Shown here: in pieces, positions 1 to 12,960 of the stretch | Numbering within the stretch: the first letter of the stretch is position 1 | Layout of the letters: every line of letters begins with the position of its first letter | From: Eledone cirrhosa | Taxonomy: Eukaryota | Reading direction: 5' to 3' | Assembly: GCA_964016885.1 (NCBI GenBank) | Contig: OZ024741.1 | Location: 134,106,001 to 134,170,000, forward strand | Length of the DNA stretch: 64,000 nucleotides | The notes under the pieces: model-generated | Told to the model about the DNA's origin: nothing | Databases searched by the model: none | Seen by the model: the letters and a program-made list of their open reading frames with translations, nothing else | Translations under genes and position numbers: made by a program

Positions 1-541
1 TGCTTGTTCAGGATCTGTTACAGGTTTGTGTGGCTGGCCGTAGTCTAATAGTGCAACGAACTCTGTAATCTGACAAGCAATTTCAATACTCTTAGCAGAG
101 TTTGCAGCTATCATATATGTATATATCATCATCATCATCACTGTTTAACGTCCATTTTTCCACACTAGAATGGGTTAGACGAGTTGTTCTGTTGTAAGAA
201 ATGTCAGGTCAGATGACCATGTCTTGCTCATACAGAACTGATTTTCGCTTGGTTTCTACAACTGGATGCCCTTTCAAATGCCAACCACATTTACAGTGAG
301 TACTGGGTGCCTTTTGTCGTGACACCTACACAACCAGTTTACAGTGTAGGCTGGGGAATTTGGTTGGGAGAGGTGGGTATTTGGGCATGTGTGAGGGGTG
401 GAGTGTTAGGACATGGAAAGTAAATGGAAGTGGGGGTGAAGGTGATGCACACTAGATGTATACTTCAACTTGTGCTTGTGGGAGCTGTATGGAAGGGAGT
501 GGGGTAAAGGTGCTCATTTATTATATATATGTATATGTGTG

Positions 542-583
<42 letters not shown>

Positions 584-584
584 C

Positions 585-712
585 AATGATTTCTTACAAA
601 TGAAACAGTTCTAGCACTGTAGATGTAATTTCTATAAAGTAAAAATGCCTATACTCTAATAACGTATTGAGTACCTTTTTTAACTTTGCTCACCTCCTGA
701 TATATTGGGAAT
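585..712 (+). mobile_element. Penelope-like 3' end remnant: 3' half of a hammerhead plus conserved tail
   Basis: GAAA-cag-ttctagca-ctg-TA at 602-621 (GAAA, stem III, UH); tail motif GTATTGAGTACC at 664-675; lies between (TA)n/(CA)n and (CT)n tracts. Confidence 0.5.
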
Positions 713-713
713 C

Positions 714-798
<85 letters not shown>

Positions 799-1280
799 AC
801 GTATTCCAACCGATAGGCTGAGTCCATGTTGGGGCACCACCATATATATATATATATATATGATTATTGCTTGGATTTGCCATCTGCATGAAAAGCAATA
901 GTTAAGTTAGCATATTTCATGTAGCACGTATAAAAAAATCCAATGATTAATACTATTTTAACCATTCAGAACATACAGGATACAACTCCATCTGTTTTGA
1001 TTTATTAGACCACCTGAATGTAGCTTAGATTTCCCAGTACTTGGCAGTGATGAGAGAATCGGTAGGTAGATCTACAATATTGTACATGAGTTCATGTAAA
1101 AACATTATCATAGTCTAACAAAAATAATGTTAGTTATTGAGCTAATGTTGTCTTTTCCTCAACATGTAAATATTTCTAATTAGTTAGTAAATATGTTAGC
1201 ATTAACTTAATTATTGTTCATGTGGATGGTATTTCCTAGTAATTAGCCTCAGTGGTTAGTTTTAGATTTGTTATATTTAA

Positions 1281-1518
1281 CTCTTAACATCCTGCACTTA
1301 CGTGAGTGGGGTTCCTTCTCTGAAGACCTCCATTGTTCAGCCCTCACCACTGTTTAGCAGAAAAGATCTAAAAACTGATTTGTTACTTTAAATGTTTATA
1401 GTAGCTTTACTAGTTGCAAAAATTTACAGTATTATAGAAATAGGTTTAATTTATAATGAGATGCAATCATAGTGTTGTTTTGTACTTGGCTTGCTAATGT
1501 AGTACAGGATGTTAAGAA
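1281..1518. mobile_element. TTAA-type (piggyBac-like) MITE, degraded
   Basis: TTAA|CTCTTAACATCCTGCACT ... AGTACAGGATGTTAAGAA|TTTA; 18 bp TIR with 2 mismatches; the same end AGGATGTTAAGAGTTAA recurs near 50221. Confidence 0.5.
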
Positions 1519-1661
1519 TTTAGTACTTAACACCAACTAAGCTATATTCGAAAATATTTGGGGATAATCAAGTTAGGTGTGGTAGGTTTCAATTTCTATC
1601 AGCAGTATTACAATTATTTTTTTAGCATTTGTTAGTAACATTTGTCTTGTTTTAAACACCA

Positions 1662-1699
<38 letters not shown>

Positions 1700-1702
<3 letters not shown>

Positions 1703-2115
1703 ATAATAATAAAATTGAAGACTAAAATCCAAAGAGGGCTCGATAAGGAAAATATATATCAAATATATAAAAACCGTAGAGCAAATATTTTTTCGTTCAT
1801 TGCCAGAGAACGTCTCTATGCACCACCTAAGAGAACATTAGTCTACGACCTCTGTTATACCATAAACGTGGTTCTGTCTTTGCGTGTAATTGTTTTTCAC
1901 CGCTCCTATTAATGACGTATTATTCGTTTTTTCCCGTTCTTTGCCAGCGAACGTTTCCACGAACCAAAGTATCGTCTTCCTGTCTTCCTCCGGTTGCAAC
2001 GTTTCTTGAAATATCCAGTTCTGCGTTTACAGATTGACTTTGTTAGTTTCAGAAGATCCCGTTAAGGGTGAAAGCAGCGATTCTTTGCTTAAACTTTAAT
2101 CTGTTATTTTAATAA
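1700..2115 (+). mobile_element. Penelope-like remnant in (TA)n with terminal hammerhead
   Basis: Flanked by (TA)n; inverted tail motif variant GAGGGCTCGATA at 1734-1745; hammerhead fold at 2045-2095. Confidence 0.55.
2045..2095 (+). ncRNA. Type I hammerhead ribozyme with core U4>A (probably inactive)
   Basis: agttt-CAGAAGA-tccc gttaa gggt-GAAA-gca gcgattctt tgc-TT-aaact; stems I, II and III all pair by eye. Confidence 0.6.
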
Positions 2116-2139
2116 ATATATATATATATATATATAATA

Positions 2140-2450
2140 TACGTGAACGGCAAAGCATAAATGAACTAAGGGAGAAATTAGGAATAAGAGGAATCAGATG
2201 TTGTTTACTCGAGAGAAGACTACGTTGGTATGGTATGGTCACGTGATGCACATGAAAGACGACAGCTGTATAAAAAAGTGCAGGGCGATAAAAATAGACC
2301 CATAAAAACCTGGGACGACTTGATAAATTCCGACCTCACACACTTACACCTCTCCAAGACAATGTCACTGGCGCTACACAGTAATACAGAAGACCCGCCT
2401 TGCCTAAGTACAAAGCGAAACCTACTACAGTCAGTAGGCACCTCTAACCA
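2140..2450 (+). mobile_element. RTE-clade LINE C-terminal fragment
   Basis: Reads RERQSINELREKLGIRGIRCCLLERRLRWYG..HVMHM..RPIKTWDD, matching the C-terminus of the RTE ORF at 42883-43410. Confidence 0.75.
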
Positions 2451-2808
2451 AAATAAACCCCCGTCCCACTACCCTACCCCCCACCCCATCCACACCACCC
2501 CTTTCGATGTAAAGTTATGTTGGTACCACGACATCTAGTCCGAAATAAATGAGATCATGTAGGTGTCACGAAAAAAAAACACACAGTCCACGCTGTAATG
2601 TGGCCGTGTAGGTAACACGGTAAAAACCTCCCAGTCCACACTGTAAACGTGGTTCGTATTAGGAAGGGCATCCAGCCGTAGAAAACCCGCCAGACAGTCC
2701 TACACGAGCAAGACAACCAATCTTGCCTCAAGTGGGAAAACTCCCGTCCAAACCCATGCAAGCGTGGAAGATGGACGTTAAACGATGATGATGATGATGA
2801 TGATGATA

Positions 2809-4077
2809 CAGGGTGTGGACGATATTTGTTCGCAATTTTCAACTGTTAATTTTACGCAAATTTCTTTTACTTCCATTGTCACTCTTGTCTTTATAAAAAC
2901 AGTGGCTATATTTCCATTATTTATTTTCAGAATAATTGATTATGTATCATTTTGAACCTCCAAATTTGTGGAAGAGACACAGAGTTCTTCTTGGAATCCG
3001 TGCCGGGAGGACAAATAAGGAAATTTCAGACTTTCTCAGCATCAGCAGGAGAATGGTGGAAAAGGTCAGAAAGGTATTAGAAGATTCAGGATTCGACTAC
3101 GAAGCAACATCAGAGAGGAAAACACGTGATCGACGATCTGATGCCTTCAGAACGCCCAAGTTCGTCGCTGAAGTTCAGGATATCATCAACAATGAACCTA
3201 GCAAGTCGATGCTTGCCATTGCAAGGGAGAAAGGCTGGTGGTACATGAAGACATTCGCTACGTTTCATACAAGATGAGGAAAGGAAAATTTCTGTCAAAG
3301 GCGATGCAAGAAAAGCGACTGAAGCACGCAAAGAAGCTGATCAACAAGTTGAAACACCCACTGGAGCCAGACATGCTGTGGTTTTTCTCCGACGAGAAAA
3401 ACTTCTGCCAAGACCAGAAGATCAACTCCCAGAACAACTGGTGGCTCGCTGTCTCATCCAAAGACGTGCTCAGAGTCATGCAGACAAAGTTTCGAGCGTC
3501 AACATTGGTCTTAGGTGTCGTCAGCAGTCAAGGTGACGTCATGCCACCTTACTTCTTCCCTGAGGGCCTCAAGCTGAACACCGATGGCTACATCCACGTT
3601 CTGAGTGAGGTAGTAAAGCCCTGGATCGATCAGGTAGCTGCAGGTAGGCCGTACGTGTGGCAGCAAGACTCAGCGCCCTGCCTTACCAGCCGAAAGGCTC
3701 AAGCCTGGCTGCCAGAGAACTTCGTCAACCACACTTCACCTGACATCTGGCCTCCCAGCTCCCCTGACTGCAACCCCCTCGACTTCTTTGTGTGGGGCGC
3801 AGTGGAACGAGACACCAACAGATCTAGCTACAATACGAAAGACGATCTGGAGGCCAGGATCACAAGTGCCTTTAGGGGACAGTGACAAAGGACTGTAGCC
3901 GGTTCCGAGGCCGCCTTGAGGCCATCATCAAAGCCAATGGCGGGTTTATCGAGTGAGATCGAAAGAACAAGTCATGAAGACAAACTGACCCAAGTTTGAT
4001 AAATATATCTTAAAAAATAAAACTACTGTGTTATTTTTTCCTAGACAGTAATCTTGCGAACAAATATCGTCCGCACC

Positions 4078-4080
<3 letters not shown>
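2809..4080 (+). mobile_element. Tc1/mariner DD37D (maT-type) DNA transposon, both ends intact
   Basis: 27 bp TIRs CAGGGTG(T/C)GGACGATATTTGTTCGCAA with 1 mismatch; TA on both flanks; 1272 bp; internal transposase. Confidence 0.95.
2942..3956 (+). pseudogene. DD37D transposase, two frameshifts (near 3238 and 3880)
   Basis: N-terminal HTH region; FFSDEKNF ... WQQDSAP ... WPPSSPDCNPLDF with 37 residues between the 2nd and 3rd D; C-terminus RFRGRLEAIIKANGGFIE* in another frame, ending at 3956. Confidence 0.9.
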
Positions 4081-4132
<52 letters not shown>

Positions 4133-4142
4133 TACACACGTG

Positions 4143-4430
4143 TGTGTATCAAATGCTCAGAGGAAATAATTGACAGCTTCTGCTATCTAGGGGACCAAAT
4201 AAGCAGTGGGGGTGGGTGTTCCAAAAGTTCAGAGGCCAGAGTAAGAATTGGTTGGAAAAAGTTTAAGGACCTACTATCACTGCTAACTACAAAGGGTCTC
4301 TCCCTCAGTGAAAAACAGATTGTATGATGCTTGCATGTAAACAGCAATGCTACATGGAAGTGAGACTTAACTTTTGTGTATGAAGGACAAAAATTGGAAA
4401 GAAATTAGGCGAGCAAGTGGTTAGTATTAG
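4143..4430 (+). mobile_element. RTE-clade LINE fragment
   Basis: EIIDSFCYLGDQISSGGGCS..ARVRIGWKKFKDLL is homologous to ORF 42883-43410. Confidence 0.8.
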
Positions 4431-4582
4431 GAAGGGCATTCAGCTGTAGAAACCAAGCCAAAACAAAGCATGTGGGCAGGACCTAGTCACGTGACCAGTC
4501 AAGCCTCAGCACATGATAGCTGTCTCACCTATGCAAGCATGGAAAATAGCCTTTAAACAGTGATGATGATATATATATATAT

Positions 4583-4927
4583 GGAGGCACATGGCTTAGT
4601 GGTTAGAGCATTGGCCTTGCAATCGAAAGGTTGTGAGTTCAATTCTCAGACCGGGTGATGTGTTGTTTCCTTGAGCAAAACACTTTATTTCACATTGCTC
4701 CAGTTTACTCAGCTGTAGAAATGAGATGATAGGGACTGGAGTCCCTATCATTCCACTGCAAAGTGGTCGTGGAGGTGCCACGGCAAAAAAGCACCCAGCA
4801 CTCACTGTAAATGAGGTTGGTGTTAGGAAGGGCATCCAGCTGTAGAAATCAAGCCAGAATCAGTTCCCGTCCCACCCTTGCAAGCAGGGAAAAAACGGAC
4901 GTAAAATGATGATGATGATGATGATGA

Positions 4928-4930
<3 letters not shown>
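4583..4930 (+). mobile_element. tRNA-derived SINE, group A, with RTE-derived 3' tail
   Basis: A box TGGCTTAGTGG, B box GAGTTCAATTC, central CCTTGAGCAA(A/G)ACACTTTATTTCAC; 3' end CCCACCCTTGCAAGCAGGGAAAA..GGACGTAAAA(TGA)n; near-identical copies at 42008 and 50951. Confidence 0.9.
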
Positions 4931-4986
<56 letters not shown>

Positions 4987-7440
4987 AATCATTATCACTG
5001 TTTAACATCCATCTTCCATGCTTGCAAGGGTTAGACAAATTGTCATGTTATAAGTCTAGCCAGGTTATGTGACCACATCTTGCTTATAGGATCTGTTTTT
5101 GGTTTGGTTTTCTATGGTTGGATACCCTTCCACATTACATTATGTACTGGGTGCTTTACTCGTACCAGCACGACCACCTTACAGGATGGACTGGGTGCTT
5201 ATTGTCGTGGCACCAACAAAAGTATCTTGTAGGTGGACTAGGTGCTTTTTGCTGCTGTGAGACAGCAGGCGTGCAGTATGTCTGGCTGTCCATGCACACA
5301 TGTTGGACCAGAAATGTTTATTAGGGGTGACAGGGAGGTCGTCATTTAACATCCATTTACTAGTTTCAGTCATTAGGCTATGACCATGATGGAGTACAAC
5401 CTTGATATGTGAACAGGATATAGTCAAATCAATGGCAGCATGGAAAAACAGATGTAAAATGATGATAGCATATGTGCCATGTTATTTCAAGGCTAGGCAT
5501 TATTTAATTTTTCCATAATAAAGTTTAGAATTTGAGTATTAAATTGTCCCCAAGTCAGTAAACTGTTTTGTTACAATTTTAAGTTATAGAGGCAGATATG
5601 TCATACTTCCATTTCATATACAACATTTACAATGTATCAAGTATTAAAAATCAAGGTTTTTGTAGGTTTGAGAAAATAAGTCACATGCTGATTTTTCATG
5701 TTGTATATTCATGTAGTATTTCTATGGAAAATGGTGTAACTTATACAGAAGTATATACAGTATAACATGTAAACTTCCATTGCTAACCTCTATTTCATTA
5801 ACTAGTATATGTGTCTGTACAAACTAGTGTATCTACACAAACCAATATATGTGGGTACACAAACTAGTATATATGTGTCTATACAAATTAGTATATGTGT
5901 CTATACAAAAAGAGTACACTAATATAAAAGAAAATAGATGATAAACACTCCCCTCCCTCAACCTCAAACAAAAATGTTTATATTAATCCTAATAAATTAC
6001 CTTGTTTAATTACACCCCACCTGGCTACCAGGTTGCCATCCTTGTATAGATATTTCTCCTGTTACAGGTAAATATTACTGTATATAAGCCAAGAAATATG
6101 TGGCAAAAAAAATTCATGGTAAAATGTGGGTCAGCTTATATTCAAGTATGAGTATATATGGTATGATTCAATTTTACTAGCTCAACTATAATGACCTATT
6201 TCTACAACAATATTTACACACATACTCCACACTCTAATTACTACTAACTTACAGCTTGTACAAAAACCCGATTCACGATCAGCTGTTAAAACTTCATAAA
6301 TGCCTGATTTTAAATTTTCCAATACTATCCTACTTGAAACTACCTCTGATTCTGTCATAAAACATTCCAATTAAGGTATTTATATCTAAATTCAAATCTT
6401 CCATCACAATTGTAGGTGAGAACTTTGTTGTCAACTGAATGAAAAAGTTTTTTAATTAAAACCATCCAAATTGTTGATTTTTTTTTTTTTTAACAATGAG
6501 AATATGGTCATGGACGGGTTAAAACAGAATAAAAGATAAACACATCTGCTATAAATATTTAAGTTGAAAATATATTTTTTTAACCCTTTAGCATTTAAAC
6601 CAGCCGTATCTGGCCAGAATTCTCTCACCTCTTTCTTTCAAACTGGCTGTAACTGGCCATTCGTACTGATGTTAAGGTATTGTTCTCAAAATAAATAATA
6701 TCAATATCTCTTAGATTCAATATTATATGAGATAATTATGTAAGGTAAAGCCTTTACTGTGAAAATATAATTGTAAATATTGATATCTTAAAATTTACTT
6801 GTCTTCACACCATCATAGAAATCCCCAAAGATATGATGGCAGTTGTTACATCAATTAAATAATTAGTGTCAAAAATATTTTGACATTAATTGTTCAGAGA
6901 AAGTTAAAGTAACAAAATAAAATTTCTTGGGTTTTCACTTGATTCAATACTGCAAATTGTCACAACAATCTATCCACTAGTAAAGATCTACAACCATTTG
7001 AACAAATATGTTTTTTTAGATATTTTCTGCTAAATTGTGTTAACCAAGGGGTGAAGGTATCACTTATCATGATTTGAGGGAGAAAGAGGATTACGGACTG
7101 CTATCTAGGCAGTATTCCAAGGTATTACCCATAGATTTTAACCCTAACCCTAGTCATTTGGTAGGTTTTTTTGCTAACAAATCTTTTGTATTTCACCTTC
7201 TGGTAGTGGAGTTCTTATTAAGACTTATACAGGTCAAGATCTGGTGTCTTTTATGTCAGATAGCTGGACTAAACTTCAATAAAGATAATTGGCAATCAGA
7301 AGGGTCTTTTTCACTGAGTAGTATTTAGCTTTATTACATTGGAAAAAAAAAGAAATGACAAGGGTTAATGTGTATAAATCATATAATCGGCACTAGCATT
7401 GTTGTCTGAGATCTGTAAATTTGTTTTAGATTACATTTTT

Positions 7441-7578
7441 TCTCTGTCCAGATGTAGTGTGATGGAGAGAAAAGTATTAGCTGTTCATATTTCCCTCTGT
7501 CCAGATGTGGTGTGATGGCGTGAAAAATATTAGCTGTTCATAAATCCCTCTGTGCAGAGAAAAATAGTTGTTCATAGT
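7441..7578. repeat. Tandem repeat of about 53 bp, 2.5 copies
   Basis: Repeated tctgtccagatgt(a/g)gtgtgatgg...tattagctgttcata. Confidence 0.7.
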
Positions 7579-7894
7579 TTTGAGCTGAAACAGAAGACAA
7601 GGCTCAGCTACCACACATGCTGCCTGACTTGTAAATGTTTGGACTAAAAACATTCAAAAACAAAGCTTTATTTATTTGTTGCCTATTTGAAGCTTTATTG
7701 CATAAGAATCTTTTTCTATTCCTGAACAATAAATAGACTGAAGAGAAAAATCAATATAATGATGATGCTGCTAATGGTGGTTGTGGTGGTTTGCTGAGTC
7801 AGTAACATAGGTCTTGGTTCTCTAGTATACTTATCATTCATACATCTAGGCTTGTCTTGTCTACATTATTACTACTGCTGTTGTAATCACCACT

Positions 7895-8061
7895 TGTAGT
7901 AGTAGCAGCAACTGTGGTGGTGGTAGTGGTTGTGGCAGTAGTGGTTGTAGTAGTAGTAGTACTGGTAGTAGTGATAGTAGTAGTAGTGATGGTAATAGTA
8001 GTAGTAGTGGTGGTGGTTGTGGTAGTAGTAGCAACTGTGGTGGTAGGAGTAGTAGTAGTAA
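7895..8061. repeat. (TAG/TGG)n trinucleotide low-complexity tract
   Basis: Direct inspection. Confidence 0.9.
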
Positions 8062-9027
8062 TATTTTCATGAAATATTTTCTTAATTCAACCAGTGAGGT
8101 TTGCTGAATCTGTTGAAAATATGAGAGAAGTTTGTTTTTATTTAATTTTTGTTTGTTACCAGTGTTAGTTGGCTGTATTCCAAACCTTCAGAAACTGGCA
8201 CAATACCTATTGTTAATACATTAATTCATTAGCACAGATATACTTAGCAAACTCATTGACCTGTTCATTAAAGTTCCAACATTGCTTACATCTTGAAGAC
8301 ACAAAAGAAAATAATTAAAATAATCAAGTTAATTAAATAGTTGTTGGTACCTTTCTTCATAATCTAAATAGTAATTAAAATTGTTAAGAAGTCTTAGTTC
8401 TTTTGAAAGTGTTGATAATGGATTCTAACTTTGGAAGTTGACTTTTCTTCTGACTTGTTGTTGTCACTACCACTAACGACACCTCGTCTTTCTCCTCCTC
8501 CTTCTCCTTCTTGCTGTTGTTGTTGTTGCAACACTACCTCTTTACAGAGTAGACTGGGTACTTTTCGTCATGGCATCAACACTACCACTTTACTGAGTGG
8601 GCAAAATGCATTTTATTGTGATAACAGTCCTACCATTTTACAGAGTAAGCTGTGTGCATGTTATCATGGCACCAACACATTCTGTATACCATCTTCTGTC
8701 TCTCCAATAGAGTAGAAGAAGTGAATCTCTCTGGTTAACATATCTTCTTCTTTCTCCAACTTTTCATTATTCACCACAATTGATGTTCTTTAGTTCATTT
8801 CACAAGGCAGAGTCACTAGAGTGTTGGATATATGTTCTGTTCAAATCCAATCAAGGTTCACTTTTATTTATTTATGGAGTCGATAAAGAAAGTATCAGCC
8901 CAGTGCTGGTGCATTCCTTTCTCCTTTCAGCTGTTAGATCTTGGATGTTCCATTGGATCAAGCATAGGAGATTCCAGCGGATGTCTGTGTCTTAGTGAAA
9001 GCATAGTACATGCTACTAAGTCATACA

Positions 9028-9215
9028 CTTCTTCGCCCACTTATTCCTGGGAGGGTCGTGGGAGCAGTCCTCAAACACTCCCTCCTGTCAGAAGCAACCA
9101 TCTCTTACTGATCCAGCTGGATCCCCAAGCGTGACCATCCAAGCTCATGGATGTTATCCAACCATCTACCTCTGGGTCCATTGCCAGATGGTCCTGCCCA
9201 TAAAATTTGGTTACC
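9028..9215 (-). mobile_element. 3' end fragment of the RTE family at 11770
   Basis: cttcttc..cacttattcctg.gagggt.gtgg and tcctgtcagaag..ccatctc are shared with 11770-11915. Confidence 0.65.
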
Positions 9216-9647
9216 AAGTCATACTCGATTGTGATAATAATAAAATAAAATAAACTGCTCAATCTACAGTAAAAATGAACACAACAACACATTCTATTTC
9301 CGACAGTTGACATACTGTGTTAGATCGATCAGAAGTCCAATACATATAGGCTGCCAGCCAACTAGCTATAATGTAGCTGTCAGCTGATCTTCCATAGAAT
9401 TAGAAAGAATATAACTTATTGAACATTTTTAGTTGTTCCATAGTGCCAGAATCACAATAAAATGCTCCCATGACACACTGTAAAGTGGTTGGCATTAGGA
9501 AGGGCTTCCAGTTGTAGAACCCAAGCCCAAATCAGTTCGTATGAGCAAGACACAGTCACCTGACTAGTCTAGCCTCAATATGTGACAGCTTGTCTAACAC
9601 ATCCAAGCATGGAAAATAAATGTTAAATGGTGATGATATATATATAT

Positions 9648-9737
9648 CAGAGAGAGTTTGGGAATTGCCAGTTTAGACTAACAAAGACCACTGTTCAGCT
9701 AAGTACTCAATACTTGAGAAAGTAGAATGTAGGTATT
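9648..9737 (-). mobile_element. Solo Penelope-like tail
   Basis: AGACCA-ctgttcagct-AAGTACTCAATACT...AGTAGA matches the tail at 51392-51432; abuts (TA)n. Confidence 0.5.
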
Positions 9738-10529
9738 CATCATCATCATCATCATCATCATCTTTGTTTAATGTCTATCTTCCACGCTAGCATGGTATTG
9801 TAAAGAGTTAGTTACAAGTCAGCTACTTGATCGCTTACCAATCAGGTGAACATATTTGTAAGCCAGATAAAAACTCTGTTAGGAATATTTCTTTATTTGG
9901 GACATAAAGCAGCAGCAGCAGTTGATTAAATGATGTCAATATGAAGAGATACATAGACAAATACAGGCTTTTTGCACAGTTTCTGTGTATCAAATTTTAT
10001 TTATTTATTTTTTAAATTGTTATTTTGATTTTTAAATTCACTTATCTCTGTATATCTTGTGCTAGATACTTCCCCTAGTCTGTATGGTTTACTAGCTCTA
10101 TACAGACGTTTAAATTGATTAAATAAATGTCACATGTGAGGAATTCAGCCTAAGGCTGTATGTAGTAAAAGATACTTGCCTAAGGTATCATGCAATAAAA
10201 TTGAACCCCAAAATCATGTGGCTGTGAAGTGAATTTCTTAACCACATGGCCATACTGTAAATCTGTAATTAAAATAATGAAAAATCTATTAATTCAAATT
10301 TTTCTTCTCTTTTCTCCCCTACACCCTCATTCAGTCATAAGAATCTAAGGGTTAATGTAGAGGGCATGAGTTCCACCAGTTATAATGCTAATCTGATAAG
10401 CTGATTTTTTTTTTGTTTTTCATCAAAATCAATACACATACAATAGTAAGAGAGATATGTGAATTAGTACAAAATTCAAATTTTCTTTAATTAGTCACAA
10501 AAATTGTTCTGCTGCAAGACATAGAAAGT

Positions 10530-11770
10530 CAACTCTGCTCTAAGGCACCTAGAACTGGAGATCAACCTATCCAAATTTGAGGTCGTCAATGTGAGCTATG
10601 GTGAAGTCGAATTCCAAGACGCCATACTAGCATTGATCCTGCTCTGACTGGGGCCTAGCTGGCACTGAAAGACACCGTTTCTATTATCTCCTGTCCTCCC
10701 AAAAGGCATATGTGAGTACCTGGAGACCAAGCATGCAGACCTGATGAGGATAACAGAGAGATTACACCTCATCAACACACACCCAGCACTCTCCCTCAAT
10801 CTCCTCCAGCTGCACCCTCATCAATAGCATCCTCCATAAGACGACAGAAGCTGATGTGGCCCAGGAACTGGACTCAACCCTGGCTGATTGGGATGTCAAC
10901 CTTCAGGTGGATCGAGTCTTCCTCAGACCAACACCGTCTCACCTACGTACGCTCTGCCTCGCAACCAAACAGTGATGCTTGGCTCAATTCAGTGCCTTCC
11001 TCATAAACCGGTACCCTTCTTGAAGAGGAGTGCACCTGAATTGGAATAATACAGCGCCTCGGTCTCCACATGTGTGAGCTACACAGATGCTGCTGTGGAG
11101 CAGTGGTCGATGTGTTCAGTCTGTACCAATTATCTTCCACCATAATACAGGCTGGCTCTCCCGCCACACTGCTCTGAACGACGTCATCAGAAGAGGCTTT
11201 GACACAGCCTGTTTCCCATCACAATTAGAGCCCGCGGGCCTCAACAATGGCAAACACCCCAACGGATTAACCTTCTTCTCTTTCAAGGGAGGTAATCTCT
11301 AATTTGGGACATGATGTGCAGCGACTCATTCTCCGCCCCCAACCTTGTCACTTTGGCTACAAACCTGGATTCTACTGCCCCCAATGTGGAGGAGAGGAAG
11401 ATAGTCAAATACTAGAGCCTGACCAACCACTTCCTCTTTGCACCGGTCTCCATCAAAACCTCTGGAGTCCTTGGTACCTGCACTGCTGATTTCCTCTGCA
11501 AAGTCGGAAAGCTGGCAGCCCACTTGGGAAGGGAGCCTCGTGATGTGGAGTGGCTGTTGCAGTGAGTGTTTCTGCAGTAACGCCTTTGCCATTTTGTCTG
11601 CAGGGTGCAACAAGGCACCATGTTATTTGATCCTTTTTTTACTTCCTGTTTTGTTCCCTCTAATAGTATGTTTTGTTTTTATTAGATACTGCTCAATAAT
11701 TTCTATATGTCAATTAATATGTTTTAGTTTTTAATTGAGGGACAAGACCAAAATTTATGCATTAAAAAGT
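10530..11770 (+). mobile_element. Degraded CRE-like non-LTR retrotransposon with restriction-like endonuclease
   Basis: Pieces read AWLNSVP, HRCCCG, SRHTALNDVIRRG..QLEPAGL..GKHPNGLT, IWD..CSDSF, ERKIVKY; many stops and deletions; boundaries approximate. Confidence 0.7.
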
Positions 11771-12960
11771 TCTTCTTCCCTCACTTATTCCTGAGAGGGT
11801 TGTGGAGGCAGGGTCCTCAAACTTCTTCAAGCGGGTCCTGTCAGAAGTAGCCATCTCCAATTATCTTGCTTGGGGTTACCCCTGAGTCTCCTGCCAGTTG
11901 GTTTTGCCCATAAAATCTGTCCAGCAATTCTTTCCGGAGACATTCTTACCATATGCCCATAGTATCGGAGCTCTGATCTCTCAATTCAGAGGAATAGCAG
12001 CTCTACCTGGAGTGACTCTCTGATCTCCGAGCTATGCAATCTACCGAGTAACATTACTCCAAAGACCCCCATTTTGTTCGCTTGTATTTGCAATCTTTTT
12101 CTTTCAGTCATTATTCAAGATTCATGACCATAGATAAGGATTGGCACGAATACCAAATTGAAGATAGTGAGTTTGGCTTTTACACCCACCTCCCTTTTTC
12201 TGATTACCGAATGTTGAGGCTGCCATATTATTGCACCAACTCCTACAATTCTTGTACTTAATTCAGCCTCCTGTTTTCCATCACTCATGAACACACAGCC
12301 CTGAGATACTTGAACTTCTCCACCTGTTTCAGTAGAACTCCATTTACATGTAGAGTGTACTACGCAGGCTTCTTTGAGAAGATGAGTCTCAGTTTTCACA
12401 GCACTGGTTTTCATTCCAGCCATGCAGCACTTGGCATCAGACCTATCATGTGTCTAGTTAAGTAACACCATGTCATTTACAAATTCCTGCCAACTGATTT
12501 TACACCTGCCACTCGTGATACCACTTCTAACCCAGCTGTGCATGCAATCCTGTTCATATAAATAATTGTTTCTACTTTAGGCACAAGGCCAGCAATTACC
12601 CAATACATTACTGGTACTTTATTTTATCGACCCCGTAAGGATGAAAGACAAAGTTAACCTCGGCGGGATTTGAACTTAGACTGTAAAGGGACGTAACTAT
12701 GCTAGAAAGCATGGCGTCCAACCCTCTACCGATACTGCCAATTCGCCGCCCTTCATATAAATAATGAACAGGAGAGGAGACGATACGCACCGTTGGCGAA
12801 GTCTGAATCCCACATTGAATCGTTTCGATTTAGCACCATTTATCCGAACACAAATACTCGGCCATTCGTATAGACATCAGGGCAACAAGAAGCTGACCAT
12901 CGATCCCATACTCCTGCAGAACCTTTCATACTGGGTCCCAGGTAACGCGGTCATGTCATT
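11770..12960 (-). mobile_element. RTE-clade LINE (second family, GAA tail), 5'-truncated and interrupted by a SINE
   Basis: KAKLTIFNLVFVPILIYGHES; RT motif LRQRCVSSPLLFI near 12765-12805; 3' end GGGAAGAAGAA. Confidence 0.8.
12567..12751 (-). mobile_element. tRNA-derived SINE, group B (Nin/Deu-like core), with 14 bp TSD
   Basis: Core GCCGAGGTTAACTTTG.CTTTCATCCTTACGGGGTCGATAAAATAAAGTACCAG; TSD TTCATATAAATAAT at 12553-12566 and 12752-12765. Confidence 0.9.

Noticed and set aside
797-843. Short hairpin insert in (TA)n (also 55788-55850) as more ribozyme remnants
   Set aside because: No core nucleotides or tail motif found; too short to assign
4583-4655. SINE heads as tRNA genes
   Set aside because: Each continues into a shared core and tail and is multicopy
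7861-8070. Leu/Pro-rich and Thr-rich (13644-13838) ORFs as secreted or mucin-like proteins
   Set aside because: Products of trinucleotide repeats with no exon context
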